Made by a program: the position numbers and the translations under genes. From Kofleriaceae bacterium (lineage in GTDB: Bacteria > Myxococcota_A > Polyangia > Haliangiales > Haliangiaceae): a stretch of 64,000 nt of DNA. The stretch is taken from contig CBDCCZ010000042.1 of assembly GCA_965215005.1 (NCBI GenBank), positions 213,202 through 277,201 of the forward strand, written 5' to 3'. Positions 54,645 through 64,000 of the stretch are shown here, piece after piece (position 1 is the stretch's first letter; each line of letters begins with the position of its first letter). Below the pieces are notes generated by a model. It made no database searches. It worked only from the letters and a program-made list of their open reading frames with translations, and was not told where the DNA came from.

Positions 54645-55979
54645 ATGCCCAGCAAGATCCTCGGAGACAACCCCTTCGCTGACGCCGCCACCGAGCGCCA
54701 GCAGTCCGGCAGCGAAGCAGCAGACGAGGAGCTCACGGCCTCGGAACCCGCGCCGATGGACGATGGCGAATTTGGCCCCGATGCGATCCCTGAGCTCGAT
54801 CCGCCCACGACCACGCGCCAAGCCGCGACTCGCGACGCCGGCGCTGACACCGAGGTCCGCGGCTTTGGCACGGGCAGCGAGGCCGATCTCCAGCATCGAT
54901 ACCCGGCCGATGATGCGGTGCCAGACGCCGCGCCGCTGGTCGATGCCATGCCGGAGTTTCCGGGCGGCGATGAAGAATTTTACTATCTAGGCGGCGAAGC
55001 GGCGGTGCCGCCGGGAGAATACGGGCCGCCGATCCAGAGCGAGATGCCCGAGGCCGGCCGCATCACCAGTGAAATCCGCGAGCTCGAGCGGCGAGTGCGC
55101 GCGCGTCTCACGCCGGCGTTTCCCATCGAGCAGCGCCGGCGGCTCCCACTCGAGTTCGTGTGGAAGCGATACCGGCACTTGGCGATGCAGGGCCGCGCTG
55201 ATGTCGTCGACGAGTTCGGCCGCGACCCAACGTACACTGCTCGGGTCGCGCCGCTGCTCGAGCTCCTCTATACGCGCTACTTCCGCGTCACCACCATCGG
55301 GATCGATCGCGTGCCCGATACCGGTCGCGCGCTGCTGGTCGCCAATCACTCGGGAACGCTGCCCTACGACGGGGCGATCCTCATGCACGCCATGCGTCGA
55401 GAGCACCCCGCGCGCCGCGACGTGCGCCCGCTGATCGAAAACGCGGTGTTCCATTTTCCCTATCTGGGCACGTTCATCAATCGCATCGGTGGCGTTCGCG
55501 CCTGCCAAGAAAACGCCGAGAGACTGCTGAGCAAAGACCAAGTCGTGGCGGTCTTTCCGGAGGGCAGTAAAGGCATCGGCAAGCTCTTCAAGGAGCGCTA
55601 CCAGCTGCAGCGCTTCGGGCGCGGCGGATTCGTCAAGCTCGCGCTGCGCAGTCGCACTCCTATCGTACCGGTCGCCATCGTCGGGGCCGAGGAGACCCAC
55701 CCAATGCTGTCGCGATTTGGCTGGCTGGCGCGCTCGGTGGGCATTCCCTACATCCCGGTGACTCCGACCTTTCCGCTGCTCGGCCCCCTCGGGCTCCTGC
55801 CGCTTCCGTCGAAGTGGTCCATCACCTTCGGTGAGCCTCTCGATCTTGCCGCCGAATACGGCCCTGAAGCCGCCTCTGATCGCATCCTCGTCGGGCGGCT
55901 TGCAGAGCAAATCCGCGGCCAAATGCAAGACATGATCGACGAGCAGCTGGCCAAGCGGCGTTCGATTCTGTTTGGTTGA
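54645..55979 (+). CDS. Lysophospholipid acyltransferase (PlsC family) with acidic N-terminal extension
   Basis: VANHSG..D (HxxxxD-like), VFPEG, PIVPVAIVG. Confidence 0.88.
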   Translation: MPSKILGDNPFADAATERQQSGSEAADEELTASEPAPMDDGEFGPDAIPELDPPTTTRQAATRDAGADTEVRGFGTGSEADLQHRYPADDAVPDAAPLVDAMPEFPGGDEEFYYLGGEAAVPPGEYGPPIQSEMPEAGRITSEIRELERRVRARLTPAFPIEQRRRLPLEFVWKRYRHLAMQGRADVVDEFGRDPTYTARVAPLLELLYTRYFRVTTIGIDRVPDTGRALLVANHSGTLPYDGAILMHAMRREHPARRDVRPLIENAVFHFPYLGTFINRIGGVRACQENAERLLSKDQVVAVFPEGSKGIGKLFKERYQLQRFGRGGFVKLALRSRTPIVPVAIVGAEETHPMLSRFGWLARSVGIPYIPVTPTFPLLGPLGLLPLPSKWSITFGEPLDLAAEYGPEAASDRILVGRLAEQIRGQMQDMIDEQLAKRRSILFG

Positions 55980-56088
55980 GCGGCGCCGGGGGCGCTGTCA
56001 CGGGGGCACCGACCCTTGGGGGCAACGGCACCATCGCCTCGTCCGCCCGGACCCGGCGAATGGTGATACGCTTCTATGAGCGAGCCGT

Positions 56089-56628
56089 ATGAACACCCAC
56101 GACAGCGAGTTCGAGGACAGCCTGGAGCTTGCCCGTTCGCTGCTCAGCGCGAACGAGGACGCCGGCGACCTCTGGGAAGCCAATGAGCTCGTTGGGCGTG
56201 CTCTTGTTCTGCGCCCGAGCGACCCGCAAGCCTGGCTGCTCAAGTGCCAGATCCTCTCGGCCCTCGATGATGACTTCGCGGCCCTCGCGGCGGTGGAGAT
56301 GGCCATTCGCCGCAATCCGCGCCTGGCCGAGACCCACTACTGGCGCGCCGCCGTGCTCGCCGACCTCGAACGCTGGAGCGAGGCGCTCAAGGCGATCGAC
56401 CGCGCGTTCCGTCTCCTTGGCAGCGACGATGGTTGGCTCATGGAAGAGCTCTTCTATGAGAAGGCCGCGGTGCTCGATGCCCTTGGTCGCCGTGAAGACG
56501 CGGTCGCTACCTACGAAGCCGGGCTCGAACGCTGTCCCGACTCGGCGCTGCTCAAGTCGGGGCTGGAGCCGCTGCGGCGCGAGCGCGTGAAGCGCACCTT
56601 CAAGGTCATTCAAGGCGGCCTGCGCTAA
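56089..56628 (+). CDS. TPR-repeat protein
   Basis: AWLLK..L..L, YWRA.VL..L, YEKA.VL..LGR..A repeats. Confidence 0.8.
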   Translation: MNTHDSEFEDSLELARSLLSANEDAGDLWEANELVGRALVLRPSDPQAWLLKCQILSALDDDFAALAAVEMAIRRNPRLAETHYWRAAVLADLERWSEALKAIDRAFRLLGSDDGWLMEELFYEKAAVLDALGRREDAVATYEAGLERCPDSALLKSGLEPLRRERVKRTFKVIQGGLR

Positions 56629-56637
56629 TCGCGCTCA

Positions 56638-56670
56638 CTCGGAGAGGCAAGCCTCTTCTGAGCCTTTTTC
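56638..56670 (+). terminator. Putative intrinsic terminator
   Basis: CTCGGAGAGGC-AA-GCCTCTTCTGAG hairpin followed by CCTTTTTC, 10 nt after the TPR gene stop. Confidence 0.55.
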
Positions 56671-56813
56671 ACTAATCCGTCTTACAGAGAATTGCCTCCA
56701 CTGACCGCCGCTCACAGAAACCGTGGCGGGAGTCAACACCGCGGTGGGATCGGTTGCGCAATCAACTATGCATCTGTAGGTCGGTGCGGTACCGGTATGG
56801 CAAGGGGGTTCGA

Positions 56814-58379
56814 ATGGGGGCGAGCGATGTCTACGTGGGGCCCGAGCCACACTCGGCGACGGGTGAAGGCTCGCGCCATCGCGCGCAAACGGGGGCTGAG
56901 CAGCGGCTCGCCATGCTCGAGCAAATGCTCGCGGTGACGCCGGTCATCATCGCTGCCGCCGACGCCGACGCCCGCTATACGTGGGTCTATAACCCCAGCG
57001 GCAGCGCCTACCTCGGCAACTCTCTGGGCCGCAGTGACAGCGAAATCGCTGGTGACAATCCCGGCGCGGTGGCCCTCGAGAAGCTCAAGCGAGATGTTTT
57101 GCGTACCGGCCGCGCCCGCCGCGCCGATGTCGTCTTCACCTCGTCCAGAGGCGACCGCGTGTATGACGTGACCGCGCAACCCGACCGCTCACGCTCGGGC
57201 AAGGTCATTGGCGTGCGGACCATCGCGTTCGACGTCACCGGGCGCCACGACGCCGACTCGGAGCACGATCGACTATGGGAACGCGAGCACACCGCGCGCG
57301 TCCTCGCCGAAGCAGAAGGCGCCCACACCCGCACTCTGCTCCACAACGCGCCGGCGGGCATCCTCTTTTGGATGCGCGGCGATGAGCTCGCCACCATGAA
57401 CCGCGCGCTCATGCAGATGTTGGCGCGGCCGGTCGCTCCGCCGGTGCAGACGCCCTGTCTCGACGAGCTTCGCGGCGCAGACGGCGCGCCGCTTTCCGCG
57501 GAGCAGTTTCCGTGCGTGCGGGCGCTCCAGGGCGAGACCATCACCGGCGAGGAGATGTCGCTCTTGCGCCCGGATGGCCGCTTCGTACCGGTGCTGGTCA
57601 ACGCCGGTCCGGTACCCGATCCTGCCACGCCGCGCGGGGTCGTGATCTCGTTTCAGGACATCTCGGACCGTAAGAAGCTCGAGCAGCTGCAGCGCGATTG
57701 GCTCGGTCTGGTGTCGCACGACTTGCGCACGCCGCTGCAGAACATCCTCGCGGCGGCGGACCTGCTCGCCGGAACCGATCCACAGGCAGCGCCCGAGGCA
57801 TCGGCGCTCGCCGAGACCCTCATGCGCAACGCTCGCGCCATGCAGCGCATCATCGATGACGTGTTGGAGGTAGGCCGGGCAGATGTCCACGGACTGCGCG
57901 TCGACCGTAAGCTGGCGTCGCTCCGCGCCATCGTCGATCGCGTGCTCGACTACGCCATCGTTCCAAACGATCGCCAGCGCGTCCGCCTGGAGTTACCAGA
58001 GGAGCTGCCGCTCGTGCCCTTTGATAGCCCTCGCATCGAGCGCGCGCTCCTCAACCTGCTTACCAACGCCCTCAAGTTCTCGCCACCGCACTCGCCGATC
58101 GAGATCGGCGCGCGCGTGGATACGCGCTATGCACGGCTGTGGGTGCGCGACTGGGGCGAGGGCCTCAGCCGCGCCGACAGCGAACGTATCTTCGAGCGCT
58201 ACGAGTCTTCGGCAGCTTCGCGCGCCCGCGGCGGCGTGGGAATCGGTCTCTACGCGTGTCGGCTCATCGCGCGCGCCCACGATGGCGAGTGCTGGTGCGA
58301 GAGCGAGCCTGGGCGCGGCGCGACGTTCTACCTATCCCTGGCGCGCGGCGATGCGCAGCAGGCCTGCCCGCCAGGCTGA
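56814..58379 (+). CDS. PAS-domain sensor histidine kinase
   Basis: Two PAS/PAC-like segments; SHDLRTPL, NLLTNALKF, DWGEG, GIGL, GRGATF; start uncertain. Confidence 0.88.
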   Translation: MGASDVYVGPEPHSATGEGSRHRAQTGAEQRLAMLEQMLAVTPVIIAAADADARYTWVYNPSGSAYLGNSLGRSDSEIAGDNPGAVALEKLKRDVLRTGRARRADVVFTSSRGDRVYDVTAQPDRSRSGKVIGVRTIAFDVTGRHDADSEHDRLWEREHTARVLAEAEGAHTRTLLHNAPAGILFWMRGDELATMNRALMQMLARPVAPPVQTPCLDELRGADGAPLSAEQFPCVRALQGETITGEEMSLLRPDGRFVPVLVNAGPVPDPATPRGVVISFQDISDRKKLEQLQRDWLGLVSHDLRTPLQNILAAADLLAGTDPQAAPEASALAETLMRNARAMQRIIDDVLEVGRADVHGLRVDRKLASLRAIVDRVLDYAIVPNDRQRVRLELPEELPLVPFDSPRIERALLNLLTNALKFSPPHSPIEIGARVDTRYARLWVRDWGEGLSRADSERIFERYESSAASRARGGVGIGLYACRLIARAHDGECWCESEPGRGATFYLSLARGDAQQACPPG

Positions 58380-58388
58380 GGCGAGAGC

Positions 58389-59120
58389 TCACTGCGGCAG
58401 GCGGACCACGAACACCGCCGGCAGCTCCTCGGTCTCCTCGAGCGCGATGCTGCCGCCGTGAGCCTCCGCAGCCAATCTGCAGAAATAGAGGCCAAGCCCG
58501 CGATTGGCGCGCGCACCGGCGCGGCGCTCCTCGAGCCGATAGTAGCGTTCGAAGATCTTATCGCGTTCGCTCTCGGGCACCGCTGGACCGTTGTTGCCCA
58601 CGCGAAACACCAGCAGCGGCCCTTCGCGCCTCGCAGCCACCGCCACGCGGCCACGCCGCGGCGCGTAGCGGACCGCATTATCGAGTAGGTTCTCGACCAA
58701 TCGCCCGATGAGCTCGACGTCAAAGCGCGCCGTGAGGCCCGGCTCGATATCGATCGACAGCGTGAGCCCGCGATTGAGCACACTCGGCCGATGCGTCATC
58801 GCGACCCGACGAACGAACTCATCGACCCCGGCATCGGAACGTTGGGCGATGAGCAGCCCCTCCTCGAGCTCCTCGACATCCAGCAGACCCGATACCAGCG
58901 ACAACGCCTTGCTGGTGAGCGTGAGGCAGTCATCGACGATTTCCGCCACGGCCGCCGAGGTGTTCTCGCCGAGCTCTTCGCCTAGAAGCTCGAGATTGCC
59001 GTGCAGCGCCGACAGCGGATTGCGCAGATCGTGCACTACGAGCGAGGCCAGTACTCGCTTCTTGCGCTGCAACTCGCGCAGCTCCTCGGCGGTCGGAGCC
59101 AGATCTTCATCGTGCCGCAT
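58389..59120 (-). CDS. Cytoplasmic histidine kinase lacking a sensor domain
   Basis: VHDLRNPL, NLLDNAVRY, NNGP, GLGL. Confidence 0.85.
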   Translation of the reverse strand: MRHDEDLAPTAEELRELQRKKRVLASLVVHDLRNPLSALHGNLELLGEELGENTSAAVAEIVDDCLTLTSKALSLVSGLLDVEELEEGLLIAQRSDAGVDEFVRRVAMTHRPSVLNRGLTLSIDIEPGLTARFDVELIGRLVENLLDNAVRYAPRRGRVAVAARREGPLLVFRVGNNGPAVPESERDKIFERYYRLEERRAGARANRGLGLYFCRLAAEAHGGSIALEETEELPAVFVVRLPQ

Positions 59121-59309
59121 GCGCCGCTCGCAGTATCGCACAGCCGCACGCGACGCGGCCAGCGCGCCCGACTCCGACGCCGCAGGCATCGTGACGAAGG
59201 CGCCGCACGCAAACAGCTGCCCTAGTCCGGACGCCGCTGTATCCCGGCTGGACGTCGCTCATCGGTTGGGTAGATTCGCTGAGCGCCCTCTTCGCGCCTC
59301 GTCAGCCGC

Positions 59310-60197
59310 CTAACTGCCAACCACGCAGTTGCGCCCGCGACTCTTGGCCTCGTAGAGCTTACCGTCGGCGACGCGAATGAAGTCGAGCGGCGCGTTGAGC
59401 TCGCCGTCGAGCGAAGCCACACCGATCGATACGGTGACCGGGATTTCGGTCTCCTCGAAACGGAAGATGGCCTTTTCGGTGATGCGGCGGATCTTCTCGC
59501 TGAGCTGCATCGCGTTCTCATTGTCGATCTCGGGCAACACGATGGCGAACTCTTCACCGCCGTAGCGCGCCAGGATGTCTTCGCGGCGAATACGCGCCTT
59601 GATGACCACGGCGAGCTGTTTGAGCACGTAATCGCCGGCCAGATGACCAAACGTGTCGTTCACGTGTTTGAAGTGATCGATGTCGAACATGATCAACGAG
59701 AGATCGCGGCGGTAACGCTGCGCGCGTCCCATTTCACGCTCGAGCGTCTCGAGGAAGTATCGCTTGTTGTAGACCTGCGTGAGCCCATCGATGGTGGTGA
59801 GGCGATAAATCTCCTCGTGATAGGCGTTCTCGATGTTGTTGCCGGACAAGAACTTGAAAATGCAGCGGCCCACCTTGATGAAGTCGCCGTCGCGAAGGAC
59901 GTATTCATCGATCAGCTCATCGTTGATATAGGTCCCGTTGGTGGAACCGAGATCACGCAACATGATCTCCTTGCCGGTGTTCATGATCTTGCAGTGATTG
60001 CGCGAGACCGACTCCTGATCGATTTGGATGTCGGCCTTCGATGAACGGCCAATGATCAACGATGAACGGTTGAGGTTGTACTTCTTGCCGAGATCCAGCC
60101 CGTAGATCACGACCAGACAAGCTTCTTTGCCTACCGGCCGATCCGAGATTCGGCTGATGGCAGTGACCACAGTCTTGTTGCGGGCAGTGTCGCTCAC
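59310..60197 (-). CDS. FHA-GGDEF diguanylate cyclase
   Basis: FHA (IGR, VSRNH, STNGT); DIDHFK.VND..GH, RRED I-site, GGEEF A-site. Confidence 0.93.
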   Translation of the reverse strand: MSDTARNKTVVTAISRISDRPVGKEACLVVIYGLDLGKKYNLNRSSLIIGRSSKADIQIDQESVSRNHCKIMNTGKEIMLRDLGSTNGTYINDELIDEYVLRDGDFIKVGRCIFKFLSGNNIENAYHEEIYRLTTIDGLTQVYNKRYFLETLEREMGRAQRYRRDLSLIMFDIDHFKHVNDTFGHLAGDYVLKQLAVVIKARIRREDILARYGGEEFAIVLPEIDNENAMQLSEKIRRITEKAIFRFEETEIPVTVSIGVASLDGELNAPLDFIRVADGKLYEAKSRGRNCVVGS

Positions 60198-60290
60198 GGC
60201 AGCTACGAAGACGCTCCTGGCATAAATTCTATCAGCTCCGCGCCGCACGTCGCGTCGCCGATGGCAAAAGCCGCCGCACGGGTACGAGAC

Positions 60291-60833
60291 TCAGCGACGC
60301 AAATCGCCCCTGTCGGTGTTGGCGCACAGCAAGCGATCGCCCTCGGCTTCACGGCACAGCAGCGCCTCGACCAGGCGGTAGCCACCGCGCACGAAGCGAT
60401 ACTCCTGCACCAAGCTGCGCTCTACGGAAAAGCGCCACCAGCCGCGCAACGTGCGATAGCCGTCCTCGCCTCGCTCCACCAGCGGCTCGATGGCCGCCGC
60501 CGCGACGGTGCCAAGATAGCGATGGCAGCGCGACCCGGCGTCGCGAGCGAAGATGTTCCAATGGCAGTTGCCCTCGGGAGTGCACATCGAGCGGTCGGCG
60601 ACCACGACCTCGACGACCTCGTCGCCGTCGAGATCGCGATCGGCCCGCGTTGGCTGCGGCGCCGCGCCAATGACGCCATCGCGCCGGGGATCGGCGCAAT
60701 CGCCAATGCCCACCGTCGCCGGCGGCGGTGCCGGTCGCGGCGTGAGGGCGCGGGAACGCCGTCCCGCACACGCAGAAGCGCCAGCGAGCAGCGCCAAGAG
60801 CAGCAGCAGATTTCTCATCAGCGTCGGCATCAA
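60291..60833 (-). CDS. Hypothetical lipoprotein
   Basis: Signal peptide with ASAC; DLDGD motif; several Cys. Confidence 0.6.
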   Translation of the reverse strand: MMPTLMRNLLLLLALLAGASACAGRRSRALTPRPAPPPATVGIGDCADPRRDGVIGAAPQPTRADRDLDGDEVVEVVVADRSMCTPEGNCHWNIFARDAGSRCHRYLGTVAAAAIEPLVERGEDGYRTLRGWWRFSVERSLVQEYRFVRGGYRLVEALLCREAEGDRLLCANTDRGDLRR

Positions 60834-62254
60834 CAGCGAAACACGTAGCGTGGATCGGGGCTAGGCGCCTCGCGCAGGACCGCAGCGTCGACCTCGTACC
60901 CGGCGCGTCCTAGCGCGGCAAACGCGAGCCGCTTTGCCTCCTCGACGCCGGGCTGATCGAAGGGATCGACCTCATAGAGAGGACCGGCGTAGGCCGTGGC
61001 CGCTTCTAGCAGCATGAACAGCTCACCCAACGCGTGTGCGGTGACCCGGCCCATGGTCAACGAGGCGTTTGGGCGGGAGCGCTGCGCGAGCGACGCCCGG
61101 GTTCCGGCGAGCTCCGCGTCGAGGAGCTCGCCCATGCCTTTGCCGCCGAGGTAGCGATAGGCTTCGTAGCGCTCGGCCAATCCGCTGCGGGGAATCGTGA
61201 GCTCGAGGCCGCGCTCGGCAGCAGACAGCAGCAGGTAGACCTTGTCGTCGGGTCCCTCGGCAAACAGCTGCAGCTGCGAGTGCTGGTCGGTGGCGCCGCG
61301 CGCCGCGATCGGCGTGGGACCGACGTTGACGGTCTCACCGCGCACGTTCTTGGCTTTACCCAGGCTCTCCGCCCACAGCTGGCGAAACCAATCGGCGCAG
61401 TCGTAGAGGCCATCGACGTAGCTCATCATGACCACCATCGGACGCTGCCGCTCGAGATGATGGTGATGCAGCAGGGTTGCCATCATCAAGGCTGGATTTT
61501 CAGCCAGCGACTCCTTCAAACACGCCTCACGCATGACCGCGGCCCCGTCGAGCAGTCCCATGACGTCGAGCCCGGCGACGGCAGCCGGCAACAGTCCCAC
61601 CGGCGACAGCACCGAGAAACGCCCGCCGACCGAGGGCGGCACCGCAAACGAGGTCAGCTCGAGCTCGGAAGCGACCTGCCGGAGAGTGCCTTTGGTTGGG
61701 TCGGTGGTGACCACCACATGGCGACGCAGGTGCTTGGCGCCAACCGCCCGCTCCAGATGCTCGAGCACGACCAGCAGCTGCGCGGCAGTCTCAGCGGTGC
61801 CGCCTGACTTGGTAATCACGTTGAAGACCGTGCGCTCGAGCGGCAACAGCTCGAGCAGCGCCGCAAAGCTCACCGGATCGATGTTGTCGGGAAAGAACAG
61901 CCGTCGCGGCATGCCGGGCGAGCGCGGCCGCAGATGATCGTAGGGTCGGGCGAGCGCCGAGTGCACCGCGCGGGGACCTAGGCTCGAGCCGCCGATGCCC
62001 AACACCACCATGGTGTCGATATCCGCCGGCAGCTCGCGAGCGTAATCCATGCAGGCCGACGCGACCTCGCGGTCGTCGGGCAGGTCGAAAAAGCCCACCT
62101 CGCCGCGCGCACGGCGGTCGAGGATGTGGGCGCGGGCAGCAGCCGCTCGCGGCGCTGCCGCCGCCAACGCTGCCTCGGGCATGCCCGCTTGTCCGCCCGC
62201 CGCGGCCATCAAGTTGCTAAAGTCGCAGGTAAGCTTGGCTCCAACCTCGGTCAT
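60830..62254 (-). CDS. pgi: Glucose-6-phosphate isomerase
   Basis: LGIGGSSLG, TKSGGTAET, VGGRFSVLS, QLWAESLGK, DQHSQLQL, PFDQPGVE..K. Confidence 0.95.
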   Translation of the reverse strand: MTEVGAKLTCDFSNLMAAAGGQAGMPEAALAAAAPRAAAARAHILDRRARGEVGFFDLPDDREVASACMDYARELPADIDTMVVLGIGGSSLGPRAVHSALARPYDHLRPRSPGMPRRLFFPDNIDPVSFAALLELLPLERTVFNVITKSGGTAETAAQLLVVLEHLERAVGAKHLRRHVVVTTDPTKGTLRQVASELELTSFAVPPSVGGRFSVLSPVGLLPAAVAGLDVMGLLDGAAVMREACLKESLAENPALMMATLLHHHHLERQRPMVVMMSYVDGLYDCADWFRQLWAESLGKAKNVRGETVNVGPTPIAARGATDQHSQLQLFAEGPDDKVYLLLSAAERGLELTIPRSGLAERYEAYRYLGGKGMGELLDAELAGTRASLAQRSRPNASLTMGRVTAHALGELFMLLEAATAYAGPLYEVDPFDQPGVEEAKRLAFAALGRAGYEVDAAVLREAPSPDPRYVFRC

Positions 62255-62358
62255 GACCGCATGATGGGCGCAAACCGCAGGCCCGACAGCCGCTCTAGCG
62301 GTTTTTTTGCCCGTCGCCTCGCCATGTACGACAGTGTCGGATACGAGTGAGAGAACGA

Positions 62359-63675
62359 ATGGCACCTGATTCGAAACGCACCCGACAGCTCGCCTGGACC
62401 GCCGCGGTCTTCGTTGTTTTGGTCTTTACGGCCCGCCTCGGACGTACCGACCCACCAACTCCCCCAGCCGCCGTAACTGGCATCTCGGAAGATGCGCCCA
62501 CGGAAGATGCGCCCACGGGCAAGGACGCGGCCGAGCCCACGGCGCGTGAGGCAGTTGCCAGCGCAGTGCGTCGCGAGCTCGACCGCCACGGGGTCGTGGA
62601 GAGCACGCTGGCCGGCGTCTTGGCGCTCGACCGCATGACGCTAGATCCCGCCGGCGAGCACTTCGTGGTCGAGCTCGACGACGGCCGCACCGCGGTGCTC
62701 ACCATTGATCCCGCGCTGCAAAAAGCCGCCGAGGAAGTGCTCGCGCGCGCGCAGGCACCGATGGGTGCCATCGTGGTCATGGACCCGGCCGGCCGAGTGC
62801 TCGCGTTGGCCGGCCGGCGCAACGCCCAGCCGGCGAAACCGCAAGCCTTCGAGTTGGCGACCACCACGTGGGCCCCGGCCGCATCGATTTTCAAGATCGT
62901 CACCGCCGCCGCTCTCATCGACGCTGGCGTCGATGCCAACCGCCAAGTTTGCTACCACGATGGCTATCGGTCGGTAGAAGCCTCGAACCTGCGCGATGAC
63001 CGCGGGCGCGACACCGCCTGCAACGACCTAACCTTTGGGTTGGCGCGCTCGCAAAACGCCATCATCGCCAAGCTCGCGCACAAGTTTCTCGATCGCAAAC
63101 GGCTGACGCGATTTGCGCGCGCGTTTGGCTTCGAGGCGGCGCCCCGCTTCGCCCTCGCGTGTGACCGCAGCCGCGCCACGATTCCCGACGGCGAGCTCGA
63201 CTTCGCGCGCGTGGCCGCAGGATTTTGGAACACCGAGCTCTCGGCCCTGGGCGGCGCCATCGTAGCGAATACGGTGGCCAGCGGCGGCCTGCGAGTTGCG
63301 CCGCGACTCCTCGCTTCGGTCCACACCGACAGCGGCACCGAGCTCGAGGTCCACAGCGAGAGCAGCAAGCGGGTGATTTCAGGCGAGGTAGCCCGGCAGG
63401 TGGCAAAAATGATGGTCGAAACCACCGCGTCAGGCACGGCGCGCAAAGGCTTTCACGATCCGCGCGGGCGGCCGTTCTTTCCCGGCGTCGAGGTCGCGGG
63501 CAAGACCGGCTCGCTCACCCGTAGCGACAACGGCTTCATCGAGTACTCGTGGTTCGTCGGCTTTGCGCCGGCAGACGCGCCCAAAGTCTCGATCGCCGTG
63601 TTGCTCGGGAATCCAGCTCGCTGGCACCTCAAAGCTCACACTGCCGCACGGTTGGTCTTGCAGCACGCGTTGTGA
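62359..63675 (+). CDS. Penicillin-binding transpeptidase domain protein
   Basis: SIFK (SxxK), SQN (SxN), KTG motifs; N-terminal TM/signal. Confidence 0.88.
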   Translation: MAPDSKRTRQLAWTAAVFVVLVFTARLGRTDPPTPPAAVTGISEDAPTEDAPTGKDAAEPTAREAVASAVRRELDRHGVVESTLAGVLALDRMTLDPAGEHFVVELDDGRTAVLTIDPALQKAAEEVLARAQAPMGAIVVMDPAGRVLALAGRRNAQPAKPQAFELATTTWAPAASIFKIVTAAALIDAGVDANRQVCYHDGYRSVEASNLRDDRGRDTACNDLTFGLARSQNAIIAKLAHKFLDRKRLTRFARAFGFEAAPRFALACDRSRATIPDGELDFARVAAGFWNTELSALGGAIVANTVASGGLRVAPRLLASVHTDSGTELEVHSESSKRVISGEVARQVAKMMVETTASGTARKGFHDPRGRPFFPGVEVAGKTGSLTRSDNGFIEYSWFVGFAPADAPKVSIAVLLGNPARWHLKAHTAARLVLQHAL

Positions 63676-63865
63676 GCCAGCGTCTCGCCCGCGGTGGCGC
63701 AGACTGGTCATCAACTCGCCGGCACCGCGGCCCGTGTTTCACATTTGCTAGACTCCTGCTTCGCAGGACCGCCAGGCGCAACGCTTGCCCGTCGCACATG
63801 CTTCGTCGGTGCTCCCTACTACTTCGGGCATCGACCTCGCTCGTAACTTGGTTAAGGAGAACGGT

Positions 63866-64000
63866 ATGTCTCGGCATCTCGCCGCCTCGCTGCTCGCGCT
63901 CACCCTCCTTTCGATTCCGGCGACCGGCACGGCACAGGTAACGCCGGCAGAACGGGCGGAGGAGCTCAACGACGAGGGCAAACAGCTGTTCCGCGAGGGC
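63866..64000 (+). CDS. 5'-partial exported TPR-like protein
   Basis: SD AAGGAG, ATG 63866; MSRHLAASLLALTLLSIPATGTAQ..AEELNDEGKQLFREG runs off the window edge. Confidence 0.65.
   Translation, partial: MSRHLAASLLALTLLSIPATGTAQVTPAERAEELNDEGKQLFREG

Overview
64-kb, very GC-rich, gene-dense chromosomal segment. It is most likely from a myxobacterium (Myxococcota), inferred from a MYXO-CTERM-type protease, FHA-sigma54 activator, FHA-GGDEF, TIGR02266-type PilZ and a Ser/Thr kinase. It carries about 60 CDS: housekeeping genes (hisC, pheA, ppc, proC, thrB, pssA-like, accA, miaA, mutL, pgi, grxD fusion), many signalling genes and lipoproteins. I saw no tRNA/rRNA, CRISPR array, transposase, integrase or phage gene. 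Most notable observations: (1) a bacterial histone-fold protein fused to an N-terminal Cys/His zinc finger (24029-24586); (2) an orphan sigma-28 (FliA/WhiG) + FlgM-like pair with a sigma54-type promoter and no flagellar genes nearby; (3) a structured MITE-like repeat in three copies, two bracketing that sigma gene in inverted orientation (one read in-frame as the FlgM tail) and one full-length copy supplying the stop codons of two convergent genes, with compensatory hairpin changes between copies; (4) a recurrent TANNNT-like box 6-7 nt before SD-less start codons, suggesting widespread leaderless transcription; (5) a Grx4/A-type-carrier/rhodanese triple fusion. Products are assigned by motif recognition from memory, with no database searches run. 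Many start codons were re-picked by eye from the ORF track.
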